Assembly: GCA_963845185.1 (NCBI GenBank)
Contig: CAWJRG010000005.1
Coordinates: 96,001-160,000, forward strand
Direction: 5' to 3'
DNA: 64,000 nucleotides
DNA from: an uncultured bacterium
GTDB taxonomy: Bacteria; Oederibacteriota; PGYV01; CAWJRG01
Shown piece after piece: positions 1 through 9,439 of the stretch. The notes under the pieces are model-generated. The model saw nothing but the letters and a program-made list of their open reading frames with translations. It did not search any database and had not been told where the DNA came from. The translations under genes were made by a program, and so were the position numbers. The first letter of the stretch is position 1. Every line of letters starts with the position of its first letter.

Positions 1-3000
1 TGTATTCGTATGCCCGTATGGGTCAGTTGTTGTTTCCTTTATGTAATACACTCCATTTGCTACATCCTGGCCTGCGCTGTTAGTGCCGTCCCACGTGAAG
101 TCCGCATATCCGCCTTTTGCCTGGTTAGGCGTCTCTATATCAGGCATCCTTATTATCAGTGACGTGCCTGATCCAGGCAACACCAGCCCTGTCTGGCTGC
201 CGTTCAGCAATAATTGCATATTCTGTGCCTCTTGCGAAGTAGTTGTATTTGCTACCACTTTCACCAGTTCTCCCGCCTCGTTATACACGCTTATGTTCAT
301 CGCATAAGGGAAAGGTTGCGACGTCCCTGTAATCGTCGCCGTTGCTGTGGTTGTCAGCGTATTTGTTATCGAAGCTGTAATCGTGTTTGTTTCTGTGGAT
401 GTCATCGAATAAGTTATCGACGCCGTCGCCGTTTTAGTCGTCGTGGATGTTGTCGTAAGCGTATTAGTATGTGTAGCGGTTATCGTAATAGTTATCGTAA
501 AAGTGTAAGTACAAGTTTTTGTGAGGGTGACGCTGCACGTAGGACTTGCTGTTTGCGTAACTGTTGACGTATTTGCAGGCGTATTTGTATATGTTGAAGT
601 AGATGTGTATGTTAGTGTTGCAGTCAGCGTATTAGTATGTGTGTTTGTGGAAGTTGCAGTTATTGTATATGTGCTTGTTAGCGTCTGCGTGTACGTAGCC
701 GTATCTGTATTTGTATATGTGTATGTTGGCGAAGCCGTGTAAGTCGGCGTTATAGTCGGCGTATTCGTAAATGTAGGCAGTGTTGTTAATGTATTTGTCA
801 TTGTCGCTGTATACGTATAAGTGTATGTCACTGTCTGCGTGTAAGTGTATGTCGGCGATAGCGTATTTGTGTATGTCGGTGTTGACGTTGAAGTTGGCGT
901 CTGCGTATTTGTCAGCGTTACTGTATATGTCGGCGTCTGCGTATTTGTCGCTGTTGACGTATACGTATAAGTGTATGTCACTGTCTGCGTGTAAGTACAT
1001 GTCGGCGACAGCGTATCTGTGTATGTAGTCGTTGCTGTTGGTGTAGAAGTCTGCGTATTTGTCAGCGTTACTGTATATGTCGGTGTCTGTGTGTTTGTGG
1101 ATGTCGAAGTTTGCGTGAATGTATAAGTATCCGTCTGCGTATATGTATATGTCAGTGTTAGCGTGCCTGTGCATGTCGGCGTTGCCGTCGGCGTAGAAGT
1201 CTGTGTGCATGTCAGAGTTACTGAATAAGTCGGTGTCTGCGTTTTTGTCGCTGTCGGCGTATAAGTATATGTATAGGTGTCAGTCTGCGTGTATGTTGGC
1301 GTCACTGAAGGCGTATTTGTACTTGTAGCTGTCGGTGTATAAGTATATGTATATGTGTAGGTTGGGGTATTTGTATAAGTGTATGTTGGCGTAGGCGTAT
1401 TTGTAAATGTCGGTGACGGCGTGTTTGTGGGAGTAACCGTGTATGTTGGCGTTACTGTAGGTGTATCTGTAACAGTGGAACCTGGCGGCGGCGGCGTATT
1501 TGTTGGTGACACGCATAACACGTTGAATACAACAGGATTGGAAAATTCCGGTACTATACTCGACGCACCTATACCGCCTACATTTGTAAAACTCTGGCCG
1601 CAAGCTGATGTAGATGCCCACCATGTATATGAACCGCTCTGATCGCTTATATTGCCCAGGCTCCATGTCACCATCTGTGGTGACCCTCCGACGCCTGTGG
1701 CAACCGGGTTGGAGTTTATATACGTCAATCCCGCGGGTATCGTGTCATACAAAACCGCACTTGCCGCAACCCTCGGTATTAATACAGTAAAATTATTATA
1801 TGAATCCTGTACATTGCCGGTGGTACTTGACTGCTGTCCAACTCCAGGCCTCCAGTCAGTATATGTTGCGCCTGCACCGCAGTTAAAGCCAGTGATAGCC
1901 GCGCCTGTATCTGTCCATGTAACCTGGTAAGCTGATGGCTCAGGTTGTCCAATCTGCCATATCTTTGAATTAAACACATAATTATTGCCGTTTTGCGTCA
2001 TCCATGTCTTTGTCCTGTACCATGTGTTACCGGTTATTGTAACTGCATCTGACGCACCGCCATACGTGCAACCAGACCCCGCGCATTTCTGTATGGCCAT
2101 ATACCCGCCTGCGGGATTGGTGTCTATTGATAAAAGAAGGCTATAGGCTTCGGCATTATTGCCTGCCTGTCCGTTGCTCCTCAAAATCACCAGGCCGTCT
2201 GCTCCGGGATATGTCCCGGGGCTTATAAAAACATCCGCCTCAACTATGCCTGTGCATATCTGCACGTTCTCTGTATTTCCAGAAGGGTCATTCAGCAAAA
2301 GCGCTGGATATGAGTTTGCCTGGCCTGCTCCGGTTAATATCCTGTCTCCTGTACTGCATGGGTCTGAAATTGTCCATGTGCCATAATCGGTATTATACGG
2401 CAAATATTCCCATCCTGACGGCGCTGCCGCCGGGTAGGTGTAAGTATTCAGTGCTGTATCGTCAAACGCCCTGTAGTCCTTAAGCTGGTCTCCGTTTATC
2501 TGGTAATTAAGATAATATGTTATGGTGACAGAAGCTCCCGGTTGTTTCATGAATGTGCTCACGCTCTCCAGTTTTTGCACTGATATTGCTGCCTCGCCCA
2601 CTGTCAGCGTTGCCGAAGAACTGCCGTTATTTCCTCCGATTGTGCTGGTTGCCGTATTTGACACCATCATTCCCGATGCCATCGCCGTAGTCATGCTCAT
2701 CAATATCCATACTGTGCCTGTCTTTGTGTAGATTGAACTTGGGAATGTCCATGTTACCGTGCCTGACATGGTACCTGCTGCAGGTGCATTCACGCTTCCT
2801 CCTGATATTGAACTCGGCCCGACAGACACAAGTGCAAGGTTTCCTCCGCCCGGCAGGCTGTCTGTTATTGTAAACGGCCCTCCATTCCCGTATGTGTAAT
2901 CAATTGAAAATAGAACCAGGTCCCCGACATACTGCAGCACGCCTTCTACCCTTTTATTCAATGTGTATGAATTGGTCAACGGCACCGGCATTGTCCAGCT

Positions 3001-3564
3001 TACAGCTCTCGCGTTGCAAGAGCTGCTCGTCAAGTCAGCCCAGTCTTGAGACTGTAAACCTGCGCTTTTTGTACCAACAAGCAGGTAAAGTGTCGTCGAG
3101 CCGCATTCTGTCCCCATGTCCGCAGCATTCGGCATTGTAAGGTTAAATGAGAATGCCTGCGGATAGCCATCGTTGCTGCCGGTACATGTACTGCAGCTTA
3201 ATATTGGCGTTGGACTTATATTCGGCGGCTGCCACCCCATATCATTGCTGGGACCATTCGGACTTGTGCTGTGAACGTCAATGCCTAAGTTGCTTACTAA
3301 AAATATCTGGCCTCCCGAATTGGCAGGCTGAAATGTATTGCTTGTGCTCACTGCAATATCAAGGTCGTTCTCCGAGTTATAAGCATCATGGCATATCTGC
3401 AAATTAACCACAAATTGTTGTCCCCAAGTTGGATTTTGAGGAGTAATACTTAATGAGGTTATTGAAGGATTGGCTGCATAAGCAGTATTACTGGCTATTA
3501 ATAGTATAAATAGTATTATAACTTTGGGAATGTTTATCCGTTTAAAGTGTTTTTGCAGATTCAT
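1..3564 (-). CDS. Very large secreted/surface protein (>1188 aa, runs off the window start): signal peptide, beta-rich DUF11-like domains, long Thr/Pro-rich linker, FlgD-Ig-like domain
   Basis: Absent from the ORF track, consistent with no stop inside the window. ATG at 3564 after AAGGGG RBS gives MNLQKHFKRINIPKVIILFILLIASNTAYAANPSITS. Spot-checked lines stay in frame through the TPTYT/TQT repeats (~330-1500) to VYNEAGELVK...WDGTNSAGQDVANGVYYIK. Confidence 0.9.
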   Translation of the reverse strand, partial: MNLQKHFKRINIPKVIILFILLIASNTAYAANPSITSLSITPQNPTWGQQFVVNLQICHDAYNSENDLDIAVSTSNTFQPANSGGQIFLVSNLGIDVHSTSPNGPSNDMGWQPPNISPTPILSCSTCTGSNDGYPQAFSFNLTMPNAADMGTECGSTTLYLLVGTKSAGLQSQDWADLTSSSCNARAVSWTMPVPLTNSYTLNKRVEGVLQYVGDLVLFSIDYTYGNGGPFTITDSLPGGGNLALVSVGPSSISGGSVNAPAAGTMSGTVTWTFPSSIYTKTGTVWILMSMTTAMASGMMVSNTATSTIGGNNGSSSATLTVGEAAISVQKLESVSTFMKQPGASVTITYYLNYQINGDQLKDYRAFDDTALNTYTYPAAAPSGWEYLPYNTDYGTWTISDPCSTGDRILTGAGQANSYPALLLNDPSGNTENVQICTGIVEADVFISPGTYPGADGLVILRSNGQAGNNAEAYSLLLSIDTNPAGGYMAIQKCAGSGCTYGGASDAVTITGNTWYRTKTWMTQNGNNYVFNSKIWQIGQPEPSAYQVTWTDTGAAITGFNCGAGATYTDWRPGVGQQSSTTGNVQDSYNNFTVLIPRVAASAVLYDTIPAGLTYINSNPVATGVGGSPQMVTWSLGNISDQSGSYTWWASTSACGQSFTNVGGIGASSIVPEFSNPVVFNVLCVSPTNTPPPPGSTVTDTPTVTPTYTVTPTNTPSPTFTNTPTPTYTYTNTPTYTYTYTYTPTATSTNTPSVTPTYTQTDTYTYTYTPTATKTQTPTYSVTLTCTQTSTPTATPTCTGTLTLTYTYTQTDTYTFTQTSTSTNTQTPTYTVTLTNTQTSTPTATTTYTDTLSPTCTYTQTVTYTYTYTSTATNTQTPTYTVTLTNTQTPTSTSTPTYTNTLSPTYTYTQTVTYTYTYTATMTNTLTTLPTFTNTPTITPTYTASPTYTYTNTDTATYTQTLTSTYTITATSTNTHTNTLTATLTYTSTSTYTNTPANTSTVTQTASPTCSVTLTKTCTYTFTITITITATHTNTLTTTSTTTKTATASITYSMTSTETNTITASITNTLTTTATATITGTSQPFPYAMNISVYNEAGELVKVVANTTTSQEAQNMQLLLNGSQTGLVLPGSGTSLIIRMPDIETPNQAKGGYADFTWDGTNSAGQDVANGVYYIKETTTDPYGHTNT
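330..1500 (-). repeat. Low-complexity Thr-X repeat region, including a ~150-bp tandem duplication (809-1100)
   Basis: Alternating Thr codons (TPTYTVTLTNTQT). GTATACGTATAAGTGTATGTCACTGTCTGCGTGTAAGT occurs at 809 and 959. Confidence 0.85.
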
Positions 3565-3652
3565 TTCAACTTGCCCCTTATATCATTTATATAAACTTAA
3601 AACTTTCTATTTAATCGTTTTTTAGTAGACAAAAAGCGTTTAAGTTAAATTT

Positions 3653-3681
3653 ATTGTATCGTATTCCGAAATTTTTGTCAA
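3653..3681 (-). promoter_or_regulatory. sigma70-type promoter of the Thr-rich surface protein gene
   Basis: TTGACA-N17-TACAAT on minus strand, ~90 nt upstream of ATG. Confidence 0.65.
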
Positions 3682-3756
3682 CTAATAAGATTAATTTTGT
3701 TGTTTTTTATATTCGCACTATTCATTTAAAATATAAAATTATATAGGATATGCCTT

Positions 3757-5799
3757 CTATTGCATCACAGATTGTTTTTTATCAATTATTGTTTTCAATT
3801 GCATTGCATTTATGTTATTGCTGTTAAATTTAATAGCATTATCAACATATTCAGTTGCTTTTGACGTTTCGCCCCTGTTTAAGTAAATAGCTGCAAGATA
3901 TGAATAGGCATAAGATGCTTTAGGGTTTAATTCAAGTGCTTCGTTCCAGTATTTTTCCGCATTTTGCGTATTGCCCAAATTGTAATAACACGATCCTATA
4001 TTTATTAGTGTCTGGTCCGAGGGTAGAAAAAGGTAGCTTCTTTTATAAAGTTTTATTGCGGTATCATAATGGCCGGCCCTGTTTAATTTATCCGCAACTG
4101 TAATAAAACTCCATGCATAATGTTTTACAGCCAACAGGTTCGTGAAATCGTCATAATTTATTTTATCGCCTATTATGCCTCTGTAGGAATATAAATCAAA
4201 AAAAATATTATTTGTAAGAATTTGTTTATTGCCTCCTGTCAATACTCTGTTAACAATGCCAACTGGTACAAAAGGAAGCTTCTGCCATTCCGCCGTAAAT
4301 GCGTTAGAATAATATATTCCTTTTTCGGAATTTGACATCATTGTTTTGTACAAATAATCAGTTCCGCTATTTTCCATTTCCGGCAATATTATTGCGTCAT
4401 GGTAATCATTTTTCAGTTGTTTCCTGTACCAATCATACTCGAGTAAGCGCGTGTTAATAAAAACAAAATCCTTTTTATTAACAAAAGATTCGTAAAGTGC
4501 GGAACTCATATTGAGATCGCCTTCTGTGAAAAAAAGCGACTTTTCAGGCAGGGTTTTTATAATATTTTCAGCATAATCATACCCAATGAAATACCTTGAG
4601 TAATCGGTTGCGTTAAATGCAGGCAAAATAATAGCTGTTGATATTGCTAAATATATATTTCTTTTTGTTCTTTGATCAATTTTTTTCAAAAAATTTATAA
4701 TAAAAGAGATGCCCGATGAAATGAATATAGAAATAAAAATATAAGACGATGTAAAATAAGGTTTTATTACCCATTCTATGCCGGGCTTGGGTGTAGAAAT
4801 TGAAATTATGCCTACCACAATAAATATATACGCAATGCTTATTGTTATTGCTTCTGTCTTAAATTGCTTTATTAAAAAATACGTTCCGGGTATTAAAAAC
4901 AATACAACATAAAAAGGGTACTCGTTCGTCAATAGATTTTTTATATAAAACCATAAAAGATGGAATGTATCAGTTATAGAATGCGCGCTTTCTGCATACC
5001 TGTATTGCTCCCTACTAATCAGCCAGAATAAATCCCTGATTGTCTTTATTTCTCCCCATGCAAAAACCGGTATGTTTTGACTTCTGATAAATGCAAATAA
5101 ATATACGGATGCACCAAGCAGAAAAAAAATTCCGCCAATAAGCAAGAATGCCGTTTTGAAATATTTTCGGTTAAAAATTAAATAATATAATACTGCTGGA
5201 AAAATTACAGCCATGCTTTGCCAGTGATTTCCCATTGATAATCCGTAAACAAAAGAAAATAAGTAAAAATATTTGATATGCTTTTTTAAATTAAATAATG
5301 ATAAAAAAATTATAATTGTAAAAAATGCGTTAATTGTATAAATGCTTCCCTTTGCCGACAAGGACTGTAAAAACGGCGTTGTGCAGAATAAATACAGCGC
5401 CGCCGATATAAAAGCAAAAAAATTATTCCCATATTTCGTATTTTTGTTTATAACAAAATATCTATTTACAAATATAAAAACCAGCAGGGCTGTTATTATA
5501 TTAAAAACCAATGCGGTTAGATTGCTTCTGTACATGATGTTGCCGGCTGGAATTAACGTGAATATCTTGCCGATAAGAGTATTCAGAGGGTATCCAGGCG
5601 GGTGCTGAATGCCGAGGGTATAAAAAGCCGTGGTGGTTTCCGGACTGTCATCGGAATTAAAAGTTGGCGCTATTTTTAAAATCCCGAATTGCCAAACTGC
5701 AATAAACGCGGTCAAGATAATCAAAAGCATCCTGATTTTGGTTGGTTTATTGAAAAAATGAAAAATCTGCATTTGATTGTTCTTAATTTGCTTAAGCAA
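3757..5799 (-). CDS. DUF2723 / TMEM260-like GT-C glycosyltransferase with C-terminal TPRs
   Basis: Motif DDSPE...TLGIQHPPGYPL; many TM helices; GLSMGNH; TPR repeats at C-terminus. Confidence 0.8.
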   Translation of the reverse strand: MLKQIKNNQMQIFHFFNKPTKIRMLLIILTAFIAVWQFGILKIAPTFNSDDSPETTTAFYTLGIQHPPGYPLNTLIGKIFTLIPAGNIMYRSNLTALVFNIITALLVFIFVNRYFVINKNTKYGNNFFAFISAALYLFCTTPFLQSLSAKGSIYTINAFFTIIIFLSLFNLKKHIKYFYLFSFVYGLSMGNHWQSMAVIFPAVLYYLIFNRKYFKTAFLLIGGIFFLLGASVYLFAFIRSQNIPVFAWGEIKTIRDLFWLISREQYRYAESAHSITDTFHLLWFYIKNLLTNEYPFYVVLFLIPGTYFLIKQFKTEAITISIAYIFIVVGIISISTPKPGIEWVIKPYFTSSYIFISIFISSGISFIINFLKKIDQRTKRNIYLAISTAIILPAFNATDYSRYFIGYDYAENIIKTLPEKSLFFTEGDLNMSSALYESFVNKKDFVFINTRLLEYDWYRKQLKNDYHDAIILPEMENSGTDYLYKTMMSNSEKGIYYSNAFTAEWQKLPFVPVGIVNRVLTGGNKQILTNNIFFDLYSYRGIIGDKINYDDFTNLLAVKHYAWSFITVADKLNRAGHYDTAIKLYKRSYLFLPSDQTLINIGSCYYNLGNTQNAEKYWNEALELNPKASYAYSYLAAIYLNRGETSKATEYVDNAIKFNSNNINAMQLKTIIDKKQSVMQ

Positions 5800-5804
5800 A
5801 ATTA

Positions 5805-7490
5805 TTACTTCTTAATCACTATGTTTCTTTCCAGCGTATAATTTTGCCGGCTGTTTTTTACGACCATCCTCAGTATATATAATCCGCTTCCGGCAATGAA
5901 ACCATTGTCTGTTTTGCCGTCCCATACCACTGTATTACCGCCTGCCAGGCTTCCGTCTGAGCCCTTATTTATTTCCTTTTTCCACAGTACTCCGCCGTAT
6001 ACGTTATAAACCCAAAATCTCACATCACTGTCATAGTCAAGGTAATAATTTATCGCCGTGGTTTCCCTTCCTGCCGCAAACGGGTTTGGCTGGTTTATAA
6101 ATTTATGGCTGTTTGGCGTTGATACGGAACATATAAGCTGAACAGTTTCTGTAACCGGCATGCCGTGCGGCTGGGCTGAAATCACAGTCCTTGTGTTAGC
6201 GTCCGGCGCTGTGAAGACGATGCCTGCGTTACCGTAATAATCTGTTGTTGCTGTCCTGGTACTAATGCTGCCCTCACCACTTATTATTGCGAAATCCACT
6301 GCTGTATTTGATACCGGATTTAAGTAAGCATCCTCGATAAAAGCCGTCAGGTTTGCCGTATTGCCTTTTCCCAATGTATAATTATCCGCGGTAAAGCTGC
6401 AAACAACAGGACTGCTGCTGTAAATATGCATCAAGTTTGACGGCGACACTGCCGTTATTGAGATGGAATTGTTGCAGCAGTAATAACTAGGAACTATTTC
6501 CAGATTTGGCACGCCCCAAACCGTATCCCTCTTATTATAACTTACCATTGTCATGCCCGCGCCATTCGTAATTGAAAGAGTATTATTGGGCGCAGATATG
6601 GGTACGGTCATGTTAGGGTTCGTGCTCTGAAAATATATTGTTGCAGTCCATGTGAAGCTGTTTATCGGAGGCCCGCCTTGTGAATGTGACATTGTGACTG
6701 TCACAGGGAAAGGTACCCCCGCAATTGCCGCTATCGGTACGCTTGCCGATATATAATATTGCGTCAAAGTGTTGAACCAAACTTGTTGAGAAAAGAAAAT
6801 AGTCGGGTTATTGAAATCATTGCAATACAATTGCTGGTAGGCTGCCTCGTCCGGGCTGGGAGTTACTGTTAAACCAAAATAACCCATGTCTCCTGTTGAA
6901 CTCAGGTCAATGGTCACTGGTGTAACCGAATAGGCACAAGTTTTTACTGTAAGCATTACTGTCGGCAAATTCGTCGTGATCATATTGTAATAAGCATCCG
7001 TAGCTATAACTGTCACATTAAAAGGTATTGTAGTTGTCTGGTTGGCGGGAGAACCAGTGTACCCGGAAACTGTGCCCGGCGCATATACCATTCCATCGGT
7101 TAAGAGCAATAATTTTGAGTAAGTCCCCGGCATCACGTTAACGTTCGCAGTACTTGTAACGCCCAATGAGTAGTCGGTTGCGGTCAGGGTTACAAGATTT
7201 CCAGCGCCTGTTAAATAAACCGTTCCGTTCCAAAAACCTGCGGAGAAATTAGGCGTCACATTTGTGCTGGTTGCCGAGATACCTACGTAGCCAACCGATG
7301 CGGTTAAAGTTACGTTTCCCGAGTAGCCTGTCATCACGGAATTATTTGTATCATAAGCGGTAATCGCCAAGGTCATTGGTTGGCCTGCCGTACCACTGGA
7401 AATAGACAACATAAAATACCCTAAACTATCGGCATAAACCGCGCTAGCCGTGATAAACAACAATGTTATGAATAAAAACATTTTTTTCAT
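5805..7490 (-). CDS. Secreted Ig-like-domain protein with C-terminal FlgD-Ig/T9SS-CTD-like domain
   Basis: Signal peptide ending AVYA; Ig-like segments; C-terminal PNPF...YN..G...WDGK..NG...SGLYILR. Confidence 0.75.
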   Translation of the reverse strand: MKKMFLFITLLFITASAVYADSLGYFMLSISSGTAGQPMTLAITAYDTNNSVMTGYSGNVTLTASVGYVGISATSTNVTPNFSAGFWNGTVYLTGAGNLVTLTATDYSLGVTSTANVNVMPGTYSKLLLLTDGMVYAPGTVSGYTGSPANQTTTIPFNVTVIATDAYYNMITTNLPTVMLTVKTCAYSVTPVTIDLSSTGDMGYFGLTVTPSPDEAAYQQLYCNDFNNPTIFFSQQVWFNTLTQYYISASVPIAAIAGVPFPVTVTMSHSQGGPPINSFTWTATIYFQSTNPNMTVPISAPNNTLSITNGAGMTMVSYNKRDTVWGVPNLEIVPSYYCCNNSISITAVSPSNLMHIYSSSPVVCSFTADNYTLGKGNTANLTAFIEDAYLNPVSNTAVDFAIISGEGSISTRTATTDYYGNAGIVFTAPDANTRTVISAQPHGMPVTETVQLICSVSTPNSHKFINQPNPFAAGRETTAINYYLDYDSDVRFWVYNVYGGVLWKKEINKGSDGSLAGGNTVVWDGKTDNGFIAGSGLYILRMVVKNSRQNYTLERNIVIKK

Positions 7491-7519
7491 TTTTTATCTC
7501 CTTGAATTTCGAAAAACCT

Positions 7520-9436
7520 TCAACTTATTTTCATGTATTCTTCTATTGTAGTCGTTCCTTCAATAAGCTTGTCAAATGCTGTTTCTTTTAAGGACTTAAA
7601 CCCGTTTTTCTTGTTTTCTTCCCTTATTTTTTTTGTAGCTTCCTTATTTATAAGCATTTCCTTTATTTTTTCGTTTATCGCTATCATTTCAAACACGGCT
7701 GTCCTGCCTTTATAGCCGGTATTTGTGCAATTTGAACAGCCCTTTCCTTTATAAAACACAGGTTTTTTATTGGAAAAGCCTTCTGCCTGCAGAACATTTA
7801 TTATATCGCCAGATGGTTCGTAAGGCGCTTTGCAGTTTTTATCTATCTTCCTCAAAAGCCTCTGCCCCAGCACGACAAGAGTATTTGAAAGAACCACATA
7901 AGGTTCCAGGCCCAGGCTTATTATAGTCTGCAAAGCTTGAAACGGATCCGCGGCCCTTACTTTTGAGATCACAAGGTGGCCACCTGCTATTGCTTCAAAA
8001 ACCGCTTCTGCTGTTTCCTTATTCGCTATATCGCCAACTGCTATTACATCGCAGTCCTGCTCCGCAAGGTAAGTAACGGCCTGTCCATAACTTTTCCTGT
8101 TTACTTTTGTCTGGTTTACGCCCTGCAACACGTAATTTGAAGAAGCGTCCTCAACCGTAAAAATATTTATATGCGCCGTGTTAATTTCCGAAAGTGAAGA
8201 ATAAAATGTGGTTGTCTTGCCGCTGTTTGTCGGCCCGGCAATGAGGATAAGCCCGCTCGGCATTTTTAAATATTTCCTGAAAGCATTCAACAGGGTTTCT
8301 TCCATACCTGCCTCATTAAGTGGCATTATTGTATTTTCAGCCCTTAAAATCCTTAAAAGAATTTTTTCCCCGAAGATGGTCGGGAAAGTGTAAACTCCCA
8401 TACTTATTTCCTTGCCCGCAAGCCTCATCTTCAGCTTGCTTTCTTGCGGCAATGTCCTTTCAGCAACGTTCATCTGTGCAAGTTCTTTTATCTTGTTTAA
8501 TATCCCGTTGTATAATGTTTTTGGTGCGGTCTCTACTTCATACAGAGTGCCGTCAATCCTCCTCCTTACCCTGCACTTTTCGGCAAAAGGCTCAATATGC
8601 ACGTCAGTAGCATTTGCGTCATAGGCATCCGAAAGCAGGCTCATTAAAAATGAATTAACCGGCGTGTCCTGGGATATGGCTGCCTGCGCGAATTGTGTCT
8701 CAGGCAGCTTGTATTCCTGCGCCGGTTTTGAAGGTTTTTCACTTATGAATTCCGGTTCCTGTTTCTGCTGAGCCGGTGTTGGTTTTCCCGGTTCGGGTGC
8801 CTTTGACACAGGTTGTTGTGCTGCATGCTCAGGTTTATCCTGCTTCGGCACCAAGTCTTCGGCGTAAACTCCGCGCGTAATTTTTATTTCCTGCGGTGTT
8901 TCCTTGTGCCTGCCGGATAATCCCTGCGTAGGCGTGGACATAATATCCTCAAGCTCGTCTGTTTTTGCCTTGGCGATTTCGCCTGTATCTTCTTCCTTAA
9001 ACCCAAAGTATTTGTCGACCAGCTTTTTAATATCCTCGCTGGGCGCCAGCCTTGAGTCTATGTCGCACCTTGTCGTTGCCTTCATGTCGTCAATCACAAG
9101 AAAATTCATAGGATCTGACATGGCCACAGTTATTGTCTTGCCCTGCTTATTAATCGGTATCAATTTTTCGTTGCGCATGACGGATTCCGGCATTAGTTTT
9201 AAAACATCCTTTTTTATTTCTTGAATTTCTTCGAGGTTTACATAAGGAACCCCCATCTGGTACCCTAAAAAAGTCCAGAGTATTTCTTTTGAAATATACC
9301 CCATCTTCATAAGAATCTGCCCGATTTTCTCTCCGGTTTTTCTTTGCTCTTCAAGGGCGTCTTTTAGTTGTTCCCTGGTAATTATGCCTTCTTCAAGAAG
9401 CATTTCACCTATAAGCATATTGCGCGGTCCTGCCAT
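7520..9436 (-). CDS. MshEN-domain PilB/GspE-family ATPase with degenerate catalytic motifs
   Basis: N-terminal LIGEMLLEEGIITREQLKDALEEQ/KIGQIL; ATDVHIEP, RRRIDG; Walker A GPTNSGKTT; altered Walker B DCDVIAVGDI and His box GGHLVISKVRA; GYKGRTAVFE. Confidence 0.85.
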   Translation of the reverse strand: MAGPRNMLIGEMLLEEGIITREQLKDALEEQRKTGEKIGQILMKMGYISKEILWTFLGYQMGVPYVNLEEIQEIKKDVLKLMPESVMRNEKLIPINKQGKTITVAMSDPMNFLVIDDMKATTRCDIDSRLAPSEDIKKLVDKYFGFKEEDTGEIAKAKTDELEDIMSTPTQGLSGRHKETPQEIKITRGVYAEDLVPKQDKPEHAAQQPVSKAPEPGKPTPAQQKQEPEFISEKPSKPAQEYKLPETQFAQAAISQDTPVNSFLMSLLSDAYDANATDVHIEPFAEKCRVRRRIDGTLYEVETAPKTLYNGILNKIKELAQMNVAERTLPQESKLKMRLAGKEISMGVYTFPTIFGEKILLRILRAENTIMPLNEAGMEETLLNAFRKYLKMPSGLILIAGPTNSGKTTTFYSSLSEINTAHINIFTVEDASSNYVLQGVNQTKVNRKSYGQAVTYLAEQDCDVIAVGDIANKETAEAVFEAIAGGHLVISKVRAADPFQALQTIISLGLEPYVVLSNTLVVLGQRLLRKIDKNCKAPYEPSGDIINVLQAEGFSNKKPVFYKGKGCSNCTNTGYKGRTAVFEMIAINEKIKEMLINKEATKKIREENKKNGFKSLKETAFDKLIEGTTTIEEYMKIS

Positions 9437-9439
9437 ATT

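Noticed and set aside
330..1500. Repetitive DNA as a possible CRISPR array
   Set aside because: No constant repeat with unique spacers; it is codon-periodic coding sequence, and no cas genes are present.
83..3407. Many short tracked ORFs (Val-, His/Tyr- or Cys-rich) over the first 3.5 kb
   Set aside because: Shadow frames of the single large minus-strand Thr-rich gene.
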